Positions 10,427 through 17,809 of a DNA stretch of 32,000 bases are shown piece by piece. Under the pieces are notes generated by a model, which saw only the letters and a program-made list of their open reading frames with translations, was not told the DNA's origin and did no database searches. The stretch spans positions 420,001 to 452,000 of the forward strand of contig NC_010163.1 in assembly GCF_000018785.1 (NCBI RefSeq), in the 5' to 3' direction. Made by a program: the position numbers and the translations under genes. How positions within the stretch are numbered: position 1 is the first letter of the stretch; every line of letters starts with the position of its first letter. The stretch comes from Acholeplasma laidlawii PG-8A (GTDB lineage: Bacteria; Bacillota_I; Bacilli_A; Acholeplasmatales; Acholeplasmataceae).

Positions 10427-11452
10427 ATGAATATATTAAATAAACTGATAAAGGAAACTAGTAAAATTGATTTCTTGTTTCCTAATACCTTTGAACAGTT
10501 GATGAATGATGAATACTACGACTATGACAAATTTGAGTGGTTTTTATATTATGTATTTAAAATGAATGGTTCAAATGTTAGAAAACTAGGTAAAAAGGGA
10601 CAGGGTGATGGTGGTGCAGATCTTATCGTCTCAGATAAACTTGCAGATGGTGGTGTAAGAAGAATTGGTATACAAGCCAAATACTGGAAGAATAAGGTTG
10701 GGGCAGGTCCTATCAATCAACTTGCAAGTGCTAAAAGCCGTCTAGATCTTACTGATTTATGGATTATCACAACATCTGATTTAACAACTGATGCAAAGGA
10801 AATCGCTGAATCCATGGATATAAAAATATTACGTGGTGAAGATGTAACAAATCTAATAGAGCATGTTAAAAGTATTTATGAGAATGATATTAAAGAAAAA
10901 GGCGATTCACCTATTGAATTTATCAAAGAGGAACCGGTTAAAGTTGATACTAAAGTAGAAGCTAAAAATGAAGATGATAATGAAGATTCTGATTTGGTCA
11001 AGAAATTTAAGACACTTAGATTACAATTGGCTAAGGAACATAAGATGTATCCTTTGTATAATGTATACAACAATGCCATGATTGATGATGTCATAGCAGC
11101 AAATCCAAAAACAAAAGAGGAACTGGCTAATGTTAAGGGATTTGGTCCACACAAGGTTAACCTATTTGGTGATGCTATTATCAAACTATTAAAAGATAAT
11201 GCAGTTACTTCTAATGAAGAAACTATCGATAAAGATAGTGAGTTATTTCAAAAACTAATTGCTGAACGTCCAAGAATCTCTAAATTTAATAAAATTCCGG
11301 TAGAAGCAGTTTACACAGATCAAGTAGCTAAGAATTTAGCTAAGATGAAACCTAAAAAGATAGAATATTTAGAAAAGATATTTGGTTTTGATAAAAAGAA
11401 TATAGAAATATTTGGAGAATACCTTGTAAACTTTATTTCCAAAAACTCTTAA
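10427..11452 (+). CDS. Mrr-type (PD-(D/E)xK) restriction-endonuclease-like domain fused to two HRDC-like domains
   Basis: The N-terminus has the Mrr_cat pattern GQGDGGADLIV...RIGIQAKYWKNKVG...LWIITTSDLTTDAKEIA. After an acidic linker come two ~65-aa HRDC-like segments: KKFKTLRLQLAKEHKMYPLYNVYNNAMIDDVIAANPKTKEELANVKGFGPHKVNLFGDAIIKLL and ELFQKLIAERPRISKFNKIPVEAVYTDQVAKNLAKMKPKKIEYLEKIFGFDKKNIEIFGEYL. Confidence 0.75.
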   Translation: MNILNKLIKETSKIDFLFPNTFEQLMNDEYYDYDKFEWFLYYVFKMNGSNVRKLGKKGQGDGGADLIVSDKLADGGVRRIGIQAKYWKNKVGAGPINQLASAKSRLDLTDLWIITTSDLTTDAKEIAESMDIKILRGEDVTNLIEHVKSIYENDIKEKGDSPIEFIKEEPVKVDTKVEAKNEDDNEDSDLVKKFKTLRLQLAKEHKMYPLYNVYNNAMIDDVIAANPKTKEELANVKGFGPHKVNLFGDAIIKLLKDNAVTSNEETIDKDSELFQKLIAERPRISKFNKIPVEAVYTDQVAKNLAKMKPKKIEYLEKIFGFDKKNIEIFGEYLVNFISKNS

Positions 11453-11506
11453 AGTTCATTACTTAATTGCCGATATTTTTAACATTTGATGTAAAAGAGG
11501 TAATAT

Positions 11507-12520
11507 ATGAAAAACTACGCTGTTATACTCAAATTTGATAAACGAAGTGAAAATCAAATCCAAAAACTAATACATAAGTTAAACAAGGAACTTGGGGTTG
11601 ATTATCTGATACCACCACATATTACACTGGGTGTTTTTCAAACTGATGATTTAGATAAATATGTAGATAAATTTAATATTTACTCAAGAAAACTAAGAAC
11701 AGGTGAAGTCATATTTGCATCTTTAGGACAGTTTGTACCTAAAGTAATTTATCTTGCACCACTTATGAATGAAGTGTTGTTATACAACCATAGTGTTATA
11801 AGTGAAATGCTTGAAGACCTTGTAGGCCAGGATGAGTTAATATCAAACTATGCACACTATCAAAAAGATCAATGGCAACCACACTGTACGCTAGGTGCTA
11901 AGTTAGACACTAAAAAGATGCTAACGGGTTTGGTTTCTATGGTTAAAGACTTTAAACCTATTATTGGTAAAATTAAAAGTGTGTCTATTGTTGAAGGTGA
12001 ACCTTATTTAGAACTACAAGCACTCTCAAAAACTATTAGGACAAAATCAGATACACATCAATTATCAACTTATTCAGTTAAGGTGATTAGCAAAATCATT
12101 GTAGAAGGCTCACCTGAGTTTACTGATAAAAACTATTCTGATGATATAAACTACTATGAAGAACAAGTTTTACTCTTTGAAGCCAACTCATCAGATGATG
12201 CTTATGAAAAAGCTGAAAGATATATGGCTAAAGTAATGCTTATTGGACCTCACAAAAATATTTATGGACAAACTGTTAGATATGAGGTTTTAGAATATGT
12301 AGATTGCTATGAGTTATTTGAAAAGCCATCTAACCAAGAACCTGAAGTATACTCAAGTATGTACTTTGTTCCTAAAGAAGTTTCTGATGAAGTGTTTTTA
12401 TCAAATCGATTTAATTACTATATTGATGATGAAGAACAGGATAAGCATGATAAGTGGGAAGATAGTAAAAGAAAAGTTATTTTAAACGCCGAATTTGAAA
12501 AACTATTTAAAATACGATAA
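11507..12520 (+). CDS. 2H (LigT-like) phosphoesterase domain fused to a DUF4288-like C-terminal domain
   Basis: Two HxTx motifs (PPHITLG and QPHCTLG) with LigT-like spacing in residues 1-175. The C-terminal ~150 aa (YSVKVISKIIVEG...YYEEQVLLFEANSSDDAYEKAERY...GQTVRYEVLEYVDCYELF) resemble DUF4288 as I remember it. Confidence 0.7.
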   Translation: MKNYAVILKFDKRSENQIQKLIHKLNKELGVDYLIPPHITLGVFQTDDLDKYVDKFNIYSRKLRTGEVIFASLGQFVPKVIYLAPLMNEVLLYNHSVISEMLEDLVGQDELISNYAHYQKDQWQPHCTLGAKLDTKKMLTGLVSMVKDFKPIIGKIKSVSIVEGEPYLELQALSKTIRTKSDTHQLSTYSVKVISKIIVEGSPEFTDKNYSDDINYYEEQVLLFEANSSDDAYEKAERYMAKVMLIGPHKNIYGQTVRYEVLEYVDCYELFEKPSNQEPEVYSSMYFVPKEVSDEVFLSNRFNYYIDDEEQDKHDKWEDSKRKVILNAEFEKLFKIR

Positions 12521-12548
12521 ATACGATCCAATCGGATTGTATTTTTAT
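12521..12548 (+). terminator. Intrinsic terminator closing the 10427-12520 operon
   Basis: 9-bp stem ATACGATCC / GGATTGTAT (one G-T pair), loop AATC, followed by TTTTTATT. Confidence 0.8.
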
Positions 12549-12610
12549 TAGAAGCATTAAACATTTACCGGTTTAGTGATAAAATAGAAGTATATGGGGA
12601 GGTTATACTT

Positions 12611-13570
12611 ATGAAAGTTATAACAATAGGTGAACTATTAATAGATTTCATACCTAAGGAAAAAGGTGTAAATCTAAAAGGAGTCCAAAACTTTATAAAA
12701 CATGCAGGTGGAGCACCAGCAAATGTAGCAGCAGTGGTTGCTAAACTTGGTGGTGAGTCTATATTTTTAGGACAAGTTGGTCATGACAGTTTCGGTAGTT
12801 ATTTGATTGATAAACTAAAATCATTTAATGTAGAAACTAAATATATTCACCAAACATCTAAAAGACCAACATCACTGGCGTTTGTGAGTTTAACAGATGT
12901 AGGTGATAGAGATTTTGTATTCTATAGAAATCCCGGTGCGGATGAATTATATGAAGCATCTATGGTGCCTAAAAAAGAATTTGACAGAAACATCCTACAT
13001 TTTTGCTCTGTATCACTAACAGATAACCCAATTAAAGAAGCACACATCAAAGCGATTGAACTTACTAGAAAGCATAACGGATTAGTAAGCTTTGATCCAA
13101 ATATTAGACTGGCGTTATGGCAAGACCATAAAAAAATGCTGGATGTCATTTATGAATTCTTACACTTAACAGATATCGTTAAAGTATCTAGTGATGAACT
13201 AAACTTTATGACAGGCTTTGATGATGAACAAGTAGCGATTAAATCCCTATTTGTTGGTCAAGTGAAAGTAGTCATCGTGACTAAAGGTAAAGAAGGTTCT
13301 AGACTATACTTTAAAGATATTGATGCAGTCATTAAACATCCTGGATTTACAATAAATAGTATTGATACCACAGGTGCAGGCGATGCATTTATGGGTGCCT
13401 TCCTATATCAACTCAGTAAAAACAATCTTATCTTAAATCAATATAACAGTTATGACATTTTAAAATTTGCAAATGCCTATGCAGCACTATCTACTACAAA
13501 ACTAGGAGCAATGGAAAATATTCCTAGTCTTGAAGAAGTTGATGCAATGATTAATAACTACAAAGAATGA
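12611..13570 (+). CDS. scrK: PfkB-family sugar kinase (fructokinase-like)
   Basis: Starts MKVITIGELLIDFIP, has GGAPANVA, and the PfkB signature DTTGAGDAFMGAF near the C-terminus. RBS is GGGGAGG. Confidence 0.8.
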   Translation: MKVITIGELLIDFIPKEKGVNLKGVQNFIKHAGGAPANVAAVVAKLGGESIFLGQVGHDSFGSYLIDKLKSFNVETKYIHQTSKRPTSLAFVSLTDVGDRDFVFYRNPGADELYEASMVPKKEFDRNILHFCSVSLTDNPIKEAHIKAIELTRKHNGLVSFDPNIRLALWQDHKKMLDVIYEFLHLTDIVKVSSDELNFMTGFDDEQVAIKSLFVGQVKVVIVTKGKEGSRLYFKDIDAVIKHPGFTINSIDTTGAGDAFMGAFLYQLSKNNLILNQYNSYDILKFANAYAALSTTKLGAMENIPSLEEVDAMINNYKE

Positions 13571-13721
13571 TGTTTAATAGCCTTATAAGGCACTTATACG
13601 CCGATTATCAACCGTATTCACTATTCAAATAAGACCGCTTTCGCGGCCTAACTAAGGTTTCAAATGTATATAAATCATAGTATTTACATTATGTAAAATA
13701 TGCTAATTACTACAAAATATC

Positions 13722-13756
13722 ATCACCAAGCAGTTAACTGCTATGGTGATTTTTTG
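13722..13756 (+). terminator. Strong intrinsic terminator ~150 nt downstream of scrK
   Basis: 12-bp stem ATCACCAAGCAG / CTGCT(A)TGGTGAT with one bulge, loop TTAA, followed by TTTTT. Confidence 0.75.
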
Positions 13757-13782
13757 TATCTAAAATGATGTGTATTTTCAAC

Positions 13783-13811
13783 TTGCTTTCATCAAATTGC
13801 TTGTATATAAT
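13783..13811 (+). promoter_or_regulatory. Sigma-70-type promoter of the Y-polymerase/yolD operon
   Basis: TTGCTT (13783-13788), 17-nt spacer, TATAAT (13806-13811). Confidence 0.55.
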
Positions 13812-13836
13812 GAAGAAACTAGGGAGGCGAAATAAA

Positions 13837-15111
13837 ATGGAAGACCTTAAAATATACCAACTAAATAAAACAATTTTATGTATCGATCTTAAAAGTTTTT
13901 ATGCATCAGTTGAATGTGTTTTAAGAGGACTCGATCCATTTAAAACACCACTAGTTGTTGCTGATAAATCTAGGGGCGGTGGCTCTATTGTACTTGCGGT
14001 GTCACCTTACTTAAAATCTTTAGGTGTACCTTCACGCTGCAGAATATTTGAACTACCTGAGGATTTAAACATCATTTATGCAAAACCTCAGATGCAAACA
14101 TATCTAGAATATTCAGCATCAGTCATTGGCGTCTATCTAGATTTTATAAGTGAAGCTGATCTTTATGTATATTCTATTGATGAAGCATTTCTAGATTTAA
14201 CAAGTTACCTAGCATATTATAAAAAGACAGATATAGAACTTGCAGAAGAAATACTAAATACCATTACATCTAAATTAGGTTTAACTGCAACGTGTGGTAT
14301 TGGACCTAATATGATAATGTCTAAATTAAGTATGGATATTGAAGCTAAAAAGAACCCTAATAATATTGCTAAATGGAACTATGATGATATTAAAGATCAC
14401 TTATGGCCAGTGACACCACTTTCTAAAATGTGGGGGATTGGTCATCGAATGGAATCCCATTTAAATAAGCTTGGATTATTTACGATAGGAGATATCGCAA
14501 ACTATCCTAAAGAGAAGTTAAAACGTAGATTTGGTGTCTTAGGAGAAGAGTTATGGTATCACACCCATGGCATCGATCTAAGTGAAATTAAAGATAAATA
14601 TAAACTTAGAACAAAACCTAAATCATTTGGTTCTGGTCAAGTGCTATTCAGAGATTATAGTGAAACGGAAATCATGACCATTATATTAGAGATGGTAGAT
14701 GATGTAACGCGTAGACTTAGAATTGCTAAAAAGCGTGCCCAAACGATTAGTCTATCTATAGGCTATACTAAAAGTGTAGCCGGTGGTTTTTCTAGACAAG
14801 TAACGCTTGAACAACCCACATCATCTGAAGCTACCATATATCAAACATGTCAAGACTTATTTGATATGTATTATGAAGGGTATCCAATTCGTACAGTAGG
14901 TGTACACCTTTCTAAATTAACAGATAGTAAAGTATATCAATATTCATTATTTGAAGATGCACATCAGTTAGAAAAAGAATACCAACTCCATATGACAATG
15001 GATAAAATCAAACATAAATTTGGTAAAAATTCAGTTATTAGATTATCTTCTGAACAAGAACATGCAACTGCCAAACAAAGAAACAAACAAATAGGTGGCC
15101 ATCATGTATAA
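13837..15111 (+). CDS. Y-family (translesion) DNA polymerase, UvrX/DinB-like
   Basis: Motifs CIDLKSFYASVEC, SIDEAFLD and MWGIGHR. The track ORF begins at 13765, but ATG 13837 follows an AGGGAGG RBS (13821-13827) and matches the family N-terminus. Confidence 0.9.
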   Translation: MEDLKIYQLNKTILCIDLKSFYASVECVLRGLDPFKTPLVVADKSRGGGSIVLAVSPYLKSLGVPSRCRIFELPEDLNIIYAKPQMQTYLEYSASVIGVYLDFISEADLYVYSIDEAFLDLTSYLAYYKKTDIELAEEILNTITSKLGLTATCGIGPNMIMSKLSMDIEAKKNPNNIAKWNYDDIKDHLWPVTPLSKMWGIGHRMESHLNKLGLFTIGDIANYPKEKLKRRFGVLGEELWYHTHGIDLSEIKDKYKLRTKPKSFGSGQVLFRDYSETEIMTIILEMVDDVTRRLRIAKKRAQTISLSIGYTKSVAGGFSRQVTLEQPTSSEATIYQTCQDLFDMYYEGYPIRTVGVHLSKLTDSKVYQYSLFEDAHQLEKEYQLHMTMDKIKHKFGKNSVIRLSSEQEHATAKQRNKQIGGHHV

Positions 15112-15433
15112 GGATAGAGGCATTATTAAGTGGGCACCATTTGATGCATTAAATGGATTTCATGAAACAATTGAAGCCTATAAATATGAAAAAGGTAAAA
15201 AGGATAGACCAATACTTTTAGAAGATAAGTTAAATAAACTAGATGAACTACTTAAGGAAGCTATAGAAAACAGGTTAGATATTCAAATTTACTATTATTA
15301 TGACGGCTATATTAAAAATATCTATGGTCATGTTAAAAAGCTAGATCGCAATTATAGATATATGATATTGGATAATGGCATTAGATTAGCCTTAGATGAT
15401 ATTGTAGATATCATACATCTACCTAAGGATTAA
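15104..15433 (+). CDS. YolD-like protein (accessory partner of Y-family polymerases in Firmicutes)
   Basis: N-terminal YKDRGIIKWAPF motif, ~110 aa, overlapping the polymerase stop (ATGTATAA). AGGTGG RBS at 15093-15098. The track start is GTG 15095. Confidence 0.8.
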   Translation: MYKDRGIIKWAPFDALNGFHETIEAYKYEKGKKDRPILLEDKLNKLDELLKEAIENRLDIQIYYYYDGYIKNIYGHVKKLDRNYRYMILDNGIRLALDDIVDIIHLPKD

Positions 15434-15561
15434 TGATTTGATAAAAGTATAAAATGTGTAAACAGTTCACACATTTCGATTATGAAAAACGTCTTAACTG
15501 GGCAGTTTATGTTAAAAAATACACTGTGAAACGCTTACATAAAATGATTTGATAAACCGAG

Positions 15562-15590
15562 TTTACAAATCATTTTTTATGGCCTATAAT
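15562..15590 (+). promoter_or_regulatory. Promoter of the marR-ABC operon
   Basis: TTTACA (15562-15567), 17-nt spacer, TATAAT (15585-15590). Confidence 0.6.
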
Positions 15591-15607
15591 AGTTAGGTAC
15601 CTAACTA
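15590..15607 (+). promoter_or_regulatory. Perfect 18-bp palindrome, probable MarR autoregulatory operator
   Basis: TAGTTAGGTACCTAACTA is a perfect inverted repeat. It abuts the -10 hexamer and lies 4 nt upstream of the AGGAG RBS of marR. Confidence 0.6.
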
Positions 15608-15614
15608 ATAAGGA

Positions 15615-16058
15615 GTGATATCAGTGGAAAAACAACTCATAAAAGAATTGTTTATATTAACAAGTAAATTAAAAAGAATAATGGATAAAAAATATCTGGA
15701 AAATGATTTACATACTGGCCAAGCTAGAGTTTTAATGTATTTACATAGAAATCAGAGCGAGGTTGTATATCAAAAAGATATAGAAGCCTTTTTTCAAATC
15801 CGTGGTGGTACAGTCACGGGTATGATAGATACTTTACAAAATTATGAATATATTCAAAGAATAGATTCAGAGATTGATAAAAGAAAAAAACGTATTGTAT
15901 TAACACCTAAAGGTGAAGAGGTCGCATTAAGTGCGGTTAAAACAACACAAGATATGGAAAATAATATCTATGAGTTATTAACAGGTCAAGAACTTTTAGT
16001 ATTTCAAGGTGTTGTTGAAAAGATGAATAAATTTATAGATGAGGAGGAAGCAAATTGA
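15615..16058 (+). CDS. MarR-family transcriptional regulator
   Basis: About 145 aa with a winged-helix region LHTGQARVLMYLHRN...QKDIEAFFQIRGGTVTGMIDTLQNYEYIQR...DKRKKRIVLTPKG. The likely true start is GTG 15624 (AGGAG at 15611-15615). Confidence 0.85.
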   Translation: MISVEKQLIKELFILTSKLKRIMDKKYLENDLHTGQARVLMYLHRNQSEVVYQKDIEAFFQIRGGTVTGMIDTLQNYEYIQRIDSEIDKRKKRIVLTPKGEEVALSAVKTTQDMENNIYELLTGQELLVFQGVVEKMNKFIDEEEAN

Positions 16059-17809
16059 GAAAGTTATTTAAATATTTTAATACCGTTAAAAAAGAGTTGT
16101 TTCTAATTCCTATTTTAATTATTGTTGAGGTTATATTTGAAATACTTATTCCTATATTTATGAGTAAGTTAATTGATGATGGGGTAAACGCGGTAGATAG
16201 TTTTGGTGTAGCTAGTCCTAATAAAGAAGTTATTCTTTATTACGGTGCACTCATGATTATTTCAGCAGTGATTGCTTTAGTATTTGGTGTTTTAGTTACT
16301 AAAACAGCAGCTAAGGTATCTACTGAGTTTGGTCATAATCTTCGTCAAGCACAGTTTGAAAAGATTCAAACTTATTCATTTGAAAACATAGACAACTTTA
16401 AAACATCTAGTTTAATTACTAGAATGACAATGGATGTCAATATGATTCAACAATCTTTAAATATGACATTAAGAGTGGCATTAAGAGCTCCTGCATTACT
16501 GATTTTTTCTATTGGTAGTATTGCAATATTTGCAGGTACTTTAGCAGCAATATTTGTCATTGTAGTACCTATTTTAGTGATTGGGTTTTACTTGATCTTA
16601 AGCAGAGCACATAAATACTTTATTAAGATGTTTACTAAAATTGACCATTTAAACCTTACAATTCAAGAAGATTTAATCGGTATACGTACTGTAAAGTCTT
16701 TTGTAAGAGAAGATTATGAAACAAATCGTTTTGATAGAGCTACAAAAGATGTAAGAGATATATCGGTTAAAGCTGAAAAAATCATTACATTTAATAGACC
16801 ATTAATGCAATTTTCGATCGGACTAAGTTTCGTGCTTATTGGGTGGTTTGGTTCTCAAATGATGAGTATTGGTGACTTAACAGAAGGTCAGTTTGCTAAT
16901 ACAATTACATATGTAAACCAAGTATTATTTAGTTTACTCATGCTTAGTCAAATATTTTTAATGTTTGCGATGTCAAGAGCATCGATTGCTCGTATTAATG
17001 AAGTATTGGATGAAGAACCGTACTTAAAGGAAACTGAAAATCCAGTACATGACGTTCTAGATGGTTCATTTAGTTTTAATCAGGTAAGTTTTAAGTATGG
17101 ACAAATGTCAGATAAATATGTTCTAAAAGATGTGAATTTAAAAGTAGAAAGTGGATCATATGTAGGTATTTTTGGATCGACTGGTACAGGTAAATCAACT
17201 CTTGTCCAATTGCTTGCTAGACTTTATGATACAACAAGTGGAGAAGTTCTAGTGGGTGGTAAAAACGTAAAAGACTATGGTTTAGAGGCATTAAGAAAAG
17301 AAGTTATTTTAGTACTTCAAAAAAATGTATTATTTAGTGGTACGGTTCGTGAAAACATCCAGTGGGGTAAAAAAGATGCCACTGATGAAGAAATCATTCA
17401 AGTGTTAAAACAAGCCCAAGCTTATGATTTTGTGATGGCAATGGAAAAAGGATTAGACACACATATTGAACAAGGTGGTGTCAACTTAAGTGGTGGACAA
17501 CGCCAACGCTTAACGATTGCTAGAGCATTAATTGGAAGTCCTAAAATATTAATACTAGATGACTCTACATCTGCAGTAGATACTAAAACAGATGCATTAA
17601 TTAGAGAAGCATTTAGAAAAGATATGCCACATATGACAAAAGTTGTCATCAGTCAAAGATTAAGTTCAATTGAAGATGCCAATCAAATTATATTAATGGA
17701 TGAACAAGGTATCAATTCAATTGGTACACATGAAGAATTATATCAACATAATGCAATGTATAAGACGATATATGATGCACAAAGCAAATCAAAGGAGGTA
17801 GAAGAATAA
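16055..17809 (+). CDS. ABC exporter, fused permease/ATPase subunit 1 (multidrug/lipid type)
   Basis: Six-TM domain plus an NBD with Walker A GSTGTGKST, signature LSGGQRQR and Walker B ILILDDSTS. TTG start overlaps the marR TGA (TTGA), preceded by GAGGAGG. Confidence 0.9.
   Translation: MRKLFKYFNTVKKELFLIPILIIVEVIFEILIPIFMSKLIDDGVNAVDSFGVASPNKEVILYYGALMIISAVIALVFGVLVTKTAAKVSTEFGHNLRQAQFEKIQTYSFENIDNFKTSSLITRMTMDVNMIQQSLNMTLRVALRAPALLIFSIGSIAIFAGTLAAIFVIVVPILVIGFYLILSRAHKYFIKMFTKIDHLNLTIQEDLIGIRTVKSFVREDYETNRFDRATKDVRDISVKAEKIITFNRPLMQFSIGLSFVLIGWFGSQMMSIGDLTEGQFANTITYVNQVLFSLLMLSQIFLMFAMSRASIARINEVLDEEPYLKETENPVHDVLDGSFSFNQVSFKYGQMSDKYVLKDVNLKVESGSYVGIFGSTGTGKSTLVQLLARLYDTTSGEVLVGGKNVKDYGLEALRKEVILVLQKNVLFSGTVRENIQWGKKDATDEEIIQVLKQAQAYDFVMAMEKGLDTHIEQGGVNLSGGQRQRLTIARALIGSPKILILDDSTSAVDTKTDALIREAFRKDMPHMTKVVISQRLSSIEDANQIILMDEQGINSIGTHEELYQHNAMYKTIYDAQSKSKEVEE

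Noticed and set aside
12531-12537. Possible att-type direct repeat of the tRNA-Arg 3' end (ATCGGAT also occurs at 9923-9929)
   Set aside because: The match is only 7 nt, which is expected by chance, and it is part of the terminator stem. No integrase is present.
13567-13632. 21-codon micro-ORF (MMFNSLIRHLYADYQPYSLFK) overlapping the scrK stop
   Set aside because: It has no RBS of its own and no recognisable peptide family. ORFs of this length are expected by chance.
13765-13836. 5' extension of the polymerase ORF (MMCIFNLLSSNCLYIMKKLGRRNK)
   Set aside because: The extension runs through the predicted -35 and -10 elements. A strong AGGGAGG RBS precedes ATG 13837, which matches the family N-terminus.
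15432-15556. 14-nt direct repeat AATGATTTGATAAA (15432-15445 and 15543-15556) flanking the yolD-marR intergenic region
   Set aside because: It is short and AT-rich, and has no partner copy at the other side of the polY/yolD cassette. The second copy is simply the left arm of an 11-bp hairpin (15541-15576). There is insufficient evidence for a mobile-element boundary.
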